Source: a plasmid. Taken from it: a DNA stretch of 64,000 bases. The stretch lies in sequence record NZ_CP069398.1. One strand, given 5' to 3'. A program made the position numbers and the translations under genes. The notes under the pieces are model-generated. The model was not told the DNA's origin. It ran no database searches and worked only from the letters and a program-made list of their open reading frames with translations. Positions 56,147-64,000 of this stretch are shown piece by piece. How positions within the stretch are numbered: position 1 is the first letter of the stretch; every line of letters starts with the position of its first letter.

Positions 56147-56180
56147 CCCCCATCATACTACTGTATGACGGGGGTTTTTT
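56147..56180 (+). terminator. rho-independent terminator
   Basis: CCCCCATCAT..ATGACGGGGG stem followed by TTTTTT. Confidence 0.55.
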
Positions 56181-56312
56181 GTCTACTACAGTGCAACGCT
56201 GAAGAGTTATTCTTCAATCAAAAACACATGACGTATTCCATTAGCATCTAACGATTACCTACTGCGGTACATTTTCTTTTTTATTTCTAGAAGTAAACAG
56301 GCAATCTTGCTG

Positions 56313-56335
56313 CTTTAGATACATAGTATCTAAAG
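56313..56335. promoter_or_regulatory. perfect 10-bp-arm palindrome (operator or recombination site candidate)
   Basis: CTTTAGATAC-ATA-GTATCTAAAG upstream of the FtsK/Rep module. Confidence 0.35.
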
Positions 56336-56519
56336 AATCACTACTTCACTCATTAATCAGTATCTATTTGTTTAATGTTACCGCATTAATACAAGCTTTA
56401 TACGCCTAGGGAAGCCCTTCATGGAATCTGTAAGGGAGCTGAGCCGAAGAGGCGAAGGAAGCGACCGGATGTCTTGAGCTTACATAATCCATACATGAAA
56501 GGCGAAAAAAATAAAAAGA

Positions 56520-56837
56520 ATGAAAGTAGGTACCAACATGAGAAAAACACAATGGTTTAGCTTTCGAAACCTCTTTCATAAACCTTCTTTAACATCCTCA
56601 ATGAAACCTCGTCCTGTTAATGCTTATTCATTTGTTCCTTTCAGTCCATTCGTGATGCTTGATCCTACCATTCTCACCATAGGAGGCATTGTCTTAGCAG
56701 TAGCATTAATCGAATGGTTATTAGATCGATGGGGTGTGATGGATCTTGCCGATCAGTTTGAAAAAGTGATGCGCTTTATCTTGCCAGTCACCTTTTATGG
56801 AGCCTTATTTTACTTCTTTGCCACATTTATGTTTTAA
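56520..56837 (+). CDS. small membrane protein, hypothetical
   Basis: Two TM helices. Immediately upstream of the FtsK-like gene. Confidence 0.4.
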   Translation: MKVGTNMRKTQWFSFRNLFHKPSLTSSMKPRPVNAYSFVPFSPFVMLDPTILTIGGIVLAVALIEWLLDRWGVMDLADQFEKVMRFILPVTFYGALFYFFATFMF

Positions 56838-56848
56838 GGGGGATTTCG

Positions 56849-57982
56849 ATGTTTGAGAAACTAAAATTACGTGGCCAATTGATTAAAGCGTTTCGCACGG
56901 CAGAAATTTATCGAGTCATCAAGCGTGGAGACCGTACCTCGTATCAATTTCCAAAGATCCATCAGATTGATCATCAGCACACCTACACTCGGTATGCTTT
57001 TTCATTACTTAATGGCATTGATCCTGAACTCTTAAACAAAAAAAGATGGGCGTTACGGCAAGTATTAGGTAGCAACATTGAAGTGAATGGCAGCTTAAAG
57101 AATTTTAGTATTACCGTTCATCATAAGGGCTTGCCTAAGATGCTCGAATACAAATATGAAGCCATTCATGCTCACATTGAGAAAATGGAGCTTCCAGTAT
57201 GTATTGGTCAAGATATCTATGGAAACCCCGTTTCATGGGATTTTGCGGATTTAGAAACGTTACTGATTTCTGGCGAAATCGGTGCAGGAAAAAGTAGTCT
57301 CATGCGTGTCATCCTCACAACGTGGGTAAAGTACACCTCACCTTCCGATTTACGATTAGTGTTAGTGGATCTCAAAAGAGCTGATTTAGGCTTATTTCAT
57401 GGCATTGAACATGTGGATGCGCTTTGTTTTGAAGCGAAAGACATGCGAAAGCCTTTTGCCTTATTACGGTCTGAAATGTATCGACGAGGAGATTTATTGT
57501 TAGAGCATGGTGTGACGCATATTAGCCGGCTTCCTTTTAAGCTGCCTCGGATTGTCGTCGTTTTAGACGAGATGAGCATCATTAAGCGAGAAACGGAGCT
57601 TGTAGAGATGGTGCAGCAATTTGCAACTCAAGGTCGTGCGTTAGGCGTTCATACGATTATTGCGATGCAGCGTCCTGATGCTGATTTGTTGAACTCAGCA
57701 CTAAAGGCGAATTTACGTGTAAGGATCTCTGGAAGGCAAGCAGATGCCACCAATGCGAAAGTAGCCGGAGTGATCGGAGCAGAAGAAATCGATGCAGCAG
57801 CCAGGGGACGTATGAAAATTAAAATAGACGACGTTAAAGAGTTTCAAGCCTATTTCTTGGATGAAGGAGCTTGTAAGGAAATACTTTCACCATATAAAAC
57901 ACGGGTGAAAGATTCTGAGCCACAAATAGAGGTTGTGTCACAGCCTCTATTTGGATTATTAGAGAAGGAGGAACAACGATGA
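56849..57982 (+). CDS. FtsK/SpoIIIE-family DNA-translocase ATPase (Tn916 Orf21 / TraB-like)
   Basis: Walker A GEIGAGKSS, Walker B IVVVLDEM and the family motif HTIIAMQRP. Confidence 0.7.
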   Translation: MFEKLKLRGQLIKAFRTAEIYRVIKRGDRTSYQFPKIHQIDHQHTYTRYAFSLLNGIDPELLNKKRWALRQVLGSNIEVNGSLKNFSITVHHKGLPKMLEYKYEAIHAHIEKMELPVCIGQDIYGNPVSWDFADLETLLISGEIGAGKSSLMRVILTTWVKYTSPSDLRLVLVDLKRADLGLFHGIEHVDALCFEAKDMRKPFALLRSEMYRRGDLLLEHGVTHISRLPFKLPRIVVVLDEMSIIKRETELVEMVQQFATQGRALGVHTIIAMQRPDADLLNSALKANLRVRISGRQADATNAKVAGVIGAEEIDAAARGRMKIKIDDVKEFQAYFLDEGACKEILSPYKTRVKDSEPQIEVVSQPLFGLLEKEEQR

Positions 57983-58674
57983 GTTTTCGGTTATCTCAAC
58001 GTGATAAAGACATCATTGGGTTTATCAATCAGTTTCGAGCTGTGGATCGAGACTCATTAGTTGAACGGTTCTTTAAACAGCTTAAATCGCCTGTAAATGC
58101 GTGTAATAGCGTCATGGTACGTTTATACCGGTTAGGGCTTATCGAACGCACACAGCAGTATTCTCCAACGGTCTATTTGCCTGTAGATGCCAAGATTAAA
58201 AAGAACTCGCAAAAAATACTCCATTTCCTTTCAATTCTAGATGTCTATAAGCAAATGAGTTCGTATAGTACGCCTAAGAATGTCATTGTGGAAGATAAGC
58301 CGACTGGACGTAAAGGAGGCATTGAGCCAGATCTTTTTTGTATCTTTAAAGGATCTCCCTTCTGGATTGAAATTCAACGAAATCAGTATTCAGAACAAAA
58401 GATGGAACAAAAGATCAAGTTATATGAGGAGTTTCTCTTTTCTGACGAATGGAAAACGTTGCATTGGCAGCCAGAAGATCGAGCAGCTGTTTTTCCTTCC
58501 GTTATTCTTATTACACCTGTTCGGTATGCTGTTTCCTCAGATCACATCCGAATTATACAAGTGGCAAGCATACATGAACTCATGGAAAAATATAAGAGTC
58601 CTACTAAGCAGCAAAGAGGGGCAAAAACAAAGGTAAGCCCTTCTTCTGGAGAAATTAAAATCAATCTAACATAA
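57979..58674 (+). CDS. replication-relaxation family protein candidate (winged-helix)
   Basis: Overlaps the FtsK-like stop. The N-terminal wHTH, LSQRDKDIIGFINQFRAVDRDSLVERF, resembles replication-relaxation domain proteins that accompany FtsK-like genes on small integrative elements. Confidence 0.4.
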   Translation: MSFRLSQRDKDIIGFINQFRAVDRDSLVERFFKQLKSPVNACNSVMVRLYRLGLIERTQQYSPTVYLPVDAKIKKNSQKILHFLSILDVYKQMSSYSTPKNVIVEDKPTGRKGGIEPDLFCIFKGSPFWIEIQRNQYSEQKMEQKIKLYEEFLFSDEWKTLHWQPEDRAAVFPSVILITPVRYAVSSDHIRIIQVASIHELMEKYKSPTKQQRGAKTKVSPSSGEIKINLT

Positions 58675-58678
58675 ATAA

Positions 58679-58702
58679 GCACATCTGTTGGATGTGCTTT
58701 TT
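58679..58702. terminator. bidirectional terminator hairpin
   Basis: GCACATC-TGTTG-GATGTGC followed by TTTTT. Confidence 0.5.
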
Positions 58703-58934
58703 AAATATCAAAAAAATCTTCTGCTTTTGCATTGGGGTCAATCTTTCGTATTACCTTCATGATTTTTCCTATCGTTCTTGTTGTAGGTGAACGATCATTA
58801 CTGTTTGCTAAATCTCCTATTGTATTTCTCCCTAATCCTGACTGTCTTACAAGCCATTCTTGGTCTATTTTATGCTTATCTAAAAATTTCCCTAGCTTGC
58901 TACGCTTTTTTCTAGAACCGAACAAGGTTTTCAC
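58701..58934 (-). CDS. small HTH DNA-binding protein (XRE-like)
   Basis: QEWLVRQSGLGRNTIGDLANS is an HTH, and the N-terminus is basic. Confidence 0.5.
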   Translation of the reverse strand: MKTLFGSRKKRSKLGKFLDKHKIDQEWLVRQSGLGRNTIGDLANSNDRSPTTRTIGKIMKVIRKIDPNAKAEDFFDI

Positions 58935-59340
58935 GCTCCAATACTTTTTATGTTCTAGTTATGACCAGTTTCACTAAAAATAAACCCCTATATATAGGGA
59001 ATACCGGACAAGCAGCGCTCATATCATTTATTAAGACTTCATTTTAAAACATCAAGAATAGAGTCGAAAAAGTGTCTTTTTAACGTTGGAAGGAAATTAA
59101 AAGTCTAAAAATCCAAGAAGCGCGTGTAGACCAACAGTACGGTATCATTCTGTGTATCATACATATATAGATAGCCTTTTCAGATTACTAAGTTAGACCG
59201 AAATCAAATTATAAGATGTTTGCTGGCGTCAAATTGAATAATGTCGATATTTTTGTCATAAACATATAGCATGAATACAGCTAAGACCGCCTTATACACT
59301 AATACATAATGGGCGGTCTTTGTTGTAGGTATGCACAAAT

Positions 59341-59394
59341 AATAACTGACTTAAAAGGCATACGTTTTAAAACGTATGCCTTTTAAGTCAGTTA
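59341..59394. repeat. 54-bp perfect palindrome (27-bp arms, no spacer)
   Basis: ATAACTGACTTAAAAGGCATACGTTTT|AAAACGTATGCCTTTTAAGTCAGTTAT. It is not followed by a U-run on either strand. Confidence 0.8.
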
Positions 59395-59573
59395 TTACAA
59401 GAATAAGATTGAAGAAAAAATACCATAGATTATGCAAATGGGGTTCGTCAAAAGTTATTTTATCAAAAAATGTGAAAACACTAAATATGGAAATATAATC
59501 AATTGAATGGTTTTATTTGGAATTAACTAGGAATTTAGTTTTGATTATAGATGGTGGTGGGAGATCCCGTTAT

Positions 59574-60377
59574 TTATTGAAGTGAAGCAATAGCTACCGA
59601 TAACACAACTAATAAATCAAATACTGCGTGTTCCGTATAGGTAGCAAATAAGTTCTTGGTTTTTGCATACAAAAGAATTTTAATCATACTAGGTAGCCCA
59701 ATGACAAGTAAGCACTGAATTACATTGAAGTCGTAAGATGATAAATGACTTAAACCAAATACTAAGCATGCGAATAGACCAGAGAAGATAAAAGATGTAT
59801 AGTATGCTGGTTTTTTTTGTTTAGTGAAAATAGATAACATCAAAAAGAAAGCTGAAAAGAATAAGAATTCTTCACCAAAAAGGGAAACTAGAAAGGCAAA
59901 CATATGTTTAAATGAAAGATTAACTATTCCTGCATTTGTTGCTGTATCAATCTGCAATACAGCATTAACAAAAGTAACTGAAGCCCAAGAAACAATTATA
60001 GAAACGCCAGCAACTTTTACAGATACTAATAACTGTTTGATATTCATTTTTCTTAGATAAATGAAAAATTTATCTTTAAATAGTAAATAAAACAATGCTA
60101 ATTGTGGCAACGTATAGACAATTGCAGTGCAAGAAGATTGTAAGACTTCATTGCTCTTAAAAAGTAATAAAGACCAGTTACTAAATACATTTTCTATATA
60201 GAGAAGCATCCATGAAACTGAAAACAAAAACTGAATCAAATACTTATATGTAGGTGTGTATTTGACATTAACGAATGACAACACAATGTTGTTAAAAAGT
60301 TCTTGCTTGTTTCGTTCAATACGTTCTTTGTCTGTCTCCTTGTCTTTTTTTTGCTTAGAAGAAATTACAATGCTCAT
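59574..60377 (-). CDS. CPBP-family intramembrane metalloprotease (CAAX protease / Abi bacteriocin-immunity-like)
   Basis: Motifs EEFLF (EExxxR-like), FGLSHL (FxxxH) and HAVFDLL (HxxxD) on a polytopic membrane protein. The ATG for MSIVIS follows GAAGGGAGAG. Confidence 0.65.
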   Translation of the reverse strand: MSIVISSKQKKDKETDKERIERNKQELFNNIVLSFVNVKYTPTYKYLIQFLFSVSWMLLYIENVFSNWSLLLFKSNEVLQSSCTAIVYTLPQLALFYLLFKDKFFIYLRKMNIKQLLVSVKVAGVSIIVSWASVTFVNAVLQIDTATNAGIVNLSFKHMFAFLVSLFGEEFLFFSAFFLMLSIFTKQKKPAYYTSFIFSGLFACLVFGLSHLSSYDFNVIQCLLVIGLPSMIKILLYAKTKNLFATYTEHAVFDLLVVLSVAIASLQ

Positions 60378-60467
60378 AAATAACTCTCCCTTCACGTGTT
60401 ATTATATATAGAATAACATTGCCAAAAAAACATTTGTATACTTTTTCCAATAACCTTAAAGGTTTAT

Positions 60468-60737
60468 TTGAACAGGCTTAAGCCTGTTTGTATATTTAAT
60501 GGGGGTGTTGAAATAAAGATTATCTTTATTGGTTTCATATGTAGTCTTTGCTTAGCATTAGCATGGGAAAGCTTTCGTAAAATGGTTTTCACCGTACATC
60601 AATTAGAATCGATAGACCTGCATACAGATAAAAAACTAGCGCGAATTTTAAAGAGAAAAATCAACATGTACCGTTTTTTTTATTCATTTATAGGTGTAAT
60701 TGTAATTTTGATTTTATTTTCTGCATTCGGTCCCTAA
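60468..60737 (+). CDS. small membrane protein, hypothetical
   Basis: Two TM helices in an 89-aa product. Confidence 0.35.
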   Translation: MNRLKPVCIFNGGVEIKIIFIGFICSLCLALAWESFRKMVFTVHQLESIDLHTDKKLARILKRKINMYRFFYSFIGVIVILILFSAFGP

Positions 60738-60860
60738 AGAGACTTTTTAAATTGCATCGAATGAAGAGTTATACGTAAAATAAAAGTTAATTTCGTCAGA
60801 GAGCGTTTCTCAGTCAAAAAAAGAAGTACCAAATTAGTTGGTCACTTCTTTTTCTACATA

Positions 60861-63302
60861 TTATGAATTTATGTTTTGTTTAATCTTATTCAATATATCT
60901 TTTTGAGTATTCGTTATTTTTGGTGTTTCATCTTCTACTGTTTTCTCCAAAGTTGCTACAACTTGTTGTTTTTCAGTTGCCGCAGCGACTTGTTGATTTT
61001 GAAAATGTACAATAGCTTCATTAACAATTTCTCGATTTTTCTTTTGTTGCTCCATTTTCTTTTCTTCTTCTGCCTTTATACGCTGCTGCTCTTTTTCCTC
61101 TTCCAATTCCTTTTTACGTTGTTCCATACTAGCTATTTGCAGTTCTTCGTACTGCTTCACTTTTTCATCAAACAAGGCTTTTGCGTCTGCGTCTGTAGAT
61201 AGTTCATAGTCCTGCAAATCTATTTTATATTTCTCTGTTAACGCTACTTTGTTTTCATCTAGAAAGTACTTATATTGATAAGCTTTATTTAGTCGTATAG
61301 GGTTAGTATTATCTGTAACTAATAAAGCTTCATCTTTTGGTAATGATTTTACTTCTGTTGGGTCTAATAAAGGACGTTTCACTACGCTTGTAGACTCACT
61401 GCTTGAACTTCCAGTATTGGACGTATTTTTGGATTTAGATACGGCTTCTACTGTCGTAGAACCTAGCAGGTTACTAAATAATTCTTGTGTTGCTTTATCT
61501 GATGCTTTTAATAAAAGCTTAGCAGAACAATTGGCCAGAAAACTATCCGTTTCCTTCGGATAAGTTTTTTCAATTTGAGTGATATTTTGTAGGATTGGAA
61601 CTACCGATATACCGTAGCCTCGACACGTACTTAAAAATGTAGTGAAATCTGGTAGTTTAGAAATGTTTGCAAATTCATCTAAAATAAATTGTACAGGTAC
61701 ATATAACTCTTTCTTTTGCGTTTCCCTTGCCACCATTTTTAACTCTCGGAATAGCTGCCTAATGAATAAACTTACTAACGATGCAAATGATTTATCATCC
61801 TCATCAATAATTAGATATAGAGCTACCTTTTTACGTCCTATATTTCCTAATAAAAAATCACTGCTGCTTGTTAATCTGCGTACTGCGTTTGATGCAAAAT
61901 CTGATACAGTTGTAAGTAATGAAATGATAATCCCTGCACGTGTTTTACCAATCGATTTTTTATAACCTAATTCATATTGTTCTCGGGCAGGGTGATTAAA
62001 GCTGAGTCGCCCAAACATGGCATCTAAAGCCGACTGTTCTTCCTCTTTGTTGAAAGTATCTTCAAACTCACGCAAGAAGTTCAAAATCCCCCCTAGATTA
62101 CGGTCTTGAGGTTCAAATTCATATACTGCATAGAGAATTAAGGCTTTTAATAATGCTAATTGAGCGTTAATCCACACATTGGACTGGGACATATCATTTT
62201 TACTTGAAACTATGGCATGGGCTACAGTTGATGCATCAGTTTCTTTTCTAACATAGTCCAGAGGATTCCAACAGTTAGATGACCACATATCTAGAAAATT
62301 CATCACAATGACTTGATAACCTTGCTTTTCTTTAATACGCGCCGTATTAACAAATACCTCACCTTTTGGATCTGTTACAACTACACTTGATTGAGTTTGG
62401 AACATAACATTCCCCATTACAAAACCTTGAGTTTTCTTTCCACCTGAGCCCCCAACAACTATTACATTACGATTACCTAATTCTGAATCAAATGTTTGAA
62501 TGACAGGTGAAGAATCTTTTATGCCAAATATAGTTCCTGATTGGGGATATAGCTCTTTAAATTTCTTTTTTTGCAGTTCTGTATAGTAATCCATACTAAA
62601 AGGAATATAAGAAACCATTTCTTCTTCTGATAAATCTTGAAGGTTATATGAATACGATTCGTTCCCCTTATTGACTGTTAGCATTTTTTTCTCAGAAAGC
62701 TGCAACTCATATTTTAGAAATTCATCCCGTCTTTCTGGTTTTATTCTTTCGGCTGCATCTTCTATTTTCTTTACACGAGACATTTCAAACCGTTTTAACC
62801 TTGATAAGTTGTCTTTAATTGAAGTAACAATTTCTTGGTCAACCTCGGCTTCACCGTTCAATATCTTTTTGTACTCTTCGTCAACTTCCTTTTGAATATT
62901 AAAACTTGCTTCAATATCAGCAACCAGTTGTTTACTTGGCATTTTTTTAGCGAAGTAACTTAAGTCAAATGCTTCTTTGATTGTTGCCCATCTTGATGTA
63001 CCATGCACACCCACATGATGGGCGGCTTTATACCCTTTTTGACTGCTTCCAGATGCACGAAGCATTACAAAAATGATTCCTAGTAGTAACAGAGGTTGAG
63101 CGATTTTAAAGGGAACTTGCTCCCATGCGGATGGGAGCAAGTCAATAGGCGATTGAGCAAAGTTTAAAGCTACATTAATTACTTCTTGAGGTTGTTTAAT
63201 AACGACGGGGACAGTAGCGAATACAACAGCTAAAACATAGTCTACTATAAGTGCTAAAACGAATAGAAAAGTAAATATTCCGGCTTTAGGCAAAACAATC
63301 AC
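60861..63302 (-). CDS. second type IV coupling protein (VirD4/TraG family)
   Basis: Two N-terminal TM helices, GTSRWAT (GSARWA-like), Walker A VVGGSGGKKT, Walker B FILDEFANI and a coiled-coil acidic C-terminal tail. Confidence 0.75.
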   Translation of the reverse strand: MIVLPKAGIFTFLFVLALIVDYVLAVVFATVPVVIKQPQEVINVALNFAQSPIDLLPSAWEQVPFKIAQPLLLLGIIFVMLRASGSSQKGYKAAHHVGVHGTSRWATIKEAFDLSYFAKKMPSKQLVADIEASFNIQKEVDEEYKKILNGEAEVDQEIVTSIKDNLSRLKRFEMSRVKKIEDAAERIKPERRDEFLKYELQLSEKKMLTVNKGNESYSYNLQDLSEEEMVSYIPFSMDYYTELQKKKFKELYPQSGTIFGIKDSSPVIQTFDSELGNRNVIVVGGSGGKKTQGFVMGNVMFQTQSSVVVTDPKGEVFVNTARIKEKQGYQVIVMNFLDMWSSNCWNPLDYVRKETDASTVAHAIVSSKNDMSQSNVWINAQLALLKALILYAVYEFEPQDRNLGGILNFLREFEDTFNKEEEQSALDAMFGRLSFNHPAREQYELGYKKSIGKTRAGIIISLLTTVSDFASNAVRRLTSSSDFLLGNIGRKKVALYLIIDEDDKSFASLVSLFIRQLFRELKMVARETQKKELYVPVQFILDEFANISKLPDFTTFLSTCRGYGISVVPILQNITQIEKTYPKETDSFLANCSAKLLLKASDKATQELFSNLLGSTTVEAVSKSKNTSNTGSSSSESTSVVKRPLLDPTEVKSLPKDEALLVTDNTNPIRLNKAYQYKYFLDENKVALTEKYKIDLQDYELSTDADAKALFDEKVKQYEELQIASMEQRKKELEEEKEQQRIKAEEEKKMEQQKKNREIVNEAIVHFQNQQVAAATEKQQVVATLEKTVEDETPKITNTQKDILNKIKQNINS

Positions 63303-63311
63303 GCTCCTTAA

Positions 63312-63998
63312 TTATGCTTTGTTAATGTTTTCAATCTCTTTTTGAATAGACTCAATTTCTTTTTTCTTTTGGTCATCATCTTTTTCCTTATCGGATTTAA
63401 TGAGATCGATTTGTTTGTTTTTCGCTTGAATCATAAGACTTTTATCGTTCAAACCTTTAGCAAGGTCAAATGCCTCTTTTGCTTTATTTGTATTAATATA
63501 AGAACTAGCAAGCATCCCCTTTTGTCTATCGTCAGGTTTAATTTTATCTTTCAATTCAATTACTTTATTAAAATCTCTATTAATATAAGCCTGCTCAAAC
63601 TGCACTAATGGCGAGTCTGATTTCCAATTCTTCAATCCTTCATCATTATGAGCAACTAAGTATTTAACAACGTCTTCTTCAGAAGACATTTTAGCTGCTT
63701 CAGCATAATTTCCAATACCTATATAACCCTGCTGTAATAATGACTTTTCTTCGGCATTTAGCTGCTTCTTAGTACTTAACAACTTAACTAATTCATCATT
63801 TTGTCCCTTATATTGTAATCGATAAGCCTGTAATATTTCATTTGACTGTTTTAAATCGTTTTGATTAGTTGTTGCGGCTACTGTTGAAGCTTCTGAAGGG
63901 GCATAGATTGATTTCCCTAAAGCAAATGATCCTCCAGATAAACCAATCGCTAAAACAATTGCACCGCCAATCGTTAAGAGCTTATTTGGTTGTGGCAT
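63312..63998 (-). CDS. secreted/membrane-anchored coiled-coil protein, hypothetical (start may lie beyond the window)
   Basis: N-terminal signal anchor LLTIGGAIVLAIGLSGGSFALG. Co-directional and tightly linked with the coupling-protein gene. Confidence 0.45.
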   Translation of the reverse strand: MPQPNKLLTIGGAIVLAIGLSGGSFALGKSIYAPSEASTVAATTNQNDLKQSNEILQAYRLQYKGQNDELVKLLSTKKQLNAEEKSLLQQGYIGIGNYAEAAKMSSEEDVVKYLVAHNDEGLKNWKSDSPLVQFEQAYINRDFNKVIELKDKIKPDDRQKGMLASSYINTNKAKEAFDLAKGLNDKSLMIQAKNKQIDLIKSDKEKDDDQKKKEIESIQKEIENINKA

Positions 63999-64000
63999 AG

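Overview
The window is AT-rich, low-GC Firmicutes (Bacillus-like) accessory DNA. Coding density is high and at least five mobile elements are nested in it.

- **1-30.3 kb: conjugative element (ICE or conjugative-plasmid backbone).**
  - A two-component system plus an alpha/beta hydrolase opens the window.
  - A divergent XRE-type repressor and Cro-like pair follows, with a sigma-A-like promoter between them.
  - The type IV secretion genes are of the Gram-positive (MPF_FA) kind: a VirD4/TcpA-like coupling ATPase, a VirB6-like polytopic protein with a long 81-bp tandem-repeat tail, a VirB3-like protein, a VirB4 ATPase split into two ORFs, a CwlT-like bifunctional cell-wall hydrolase and VirB8-like candidates.
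  - An IS110-family insertion sits between the hydrolase and the downstream secretion genes.
  - Further along: a GGGGAC iteron array with palindromes upstream of an RHH accessory gene and a MOBP-type relaxase (oriT-like), an ArdC-like gene interrupted inside its HExxHxxxH zinc-binding motif by a complete group II intron (RT/maturase/HNH ORF), a DUF3991-Toprim primase and an Mrr-cat nuclease with a Zn ribbon.
- **30.6-36.2 kb: chromosomal-type genes.** An L,D-transpeptidase, an AbrB/Abh-family regulator, a MOP-family flippase and a TlpA-like thioredoxin.
- **36,169-49,299: Tn3-family transposon (13.1 kb).** It has 38-42 bp terminal inverted repeats and a perfect 5-bp target duplication (AAGTA). 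Its cargo is hxlR-hxlAB, zwf, a short-form 6-phosphogluconate dehydrogenase and pgi, which together form a complete cyclic ribulose-monophosphate (RuMP) pathway for formaldehyde oxidation. A frameshifted Gfo/Idh/MocA gene, a res site, tnpR and tnpA are also present. The insertion landed 4 codons into the thioredoxin-like gene.
- **49.3-52.6 kb: candidate disulfide-rich secreted peptide cluster.** The interrupted thioredoxin belongs to it. The cluster comprises a 60-aa six-Cys precursor, a second thioredoxin-like protein, a fused ABC exporter and a MauE/DoxX-like membrane protein.
- **54-64 kb.** An IS4-superfamily (IS1380-like) IS is followed by a second transfer-related module: an FtsK/SpoIIIE ATPase, a replication-relaxation protein, a CPBP protease and a second VirD4-like coupling protein on the minus strand.

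Several intrinsic terminators are also listed. A 439-bp structured non-coding segment bracketed by 20-bp inverted repeats (MITE or ncRNA candidate) lies at 4396-4834, and a 54-bp perfect palindrome lies at 59341-59394.
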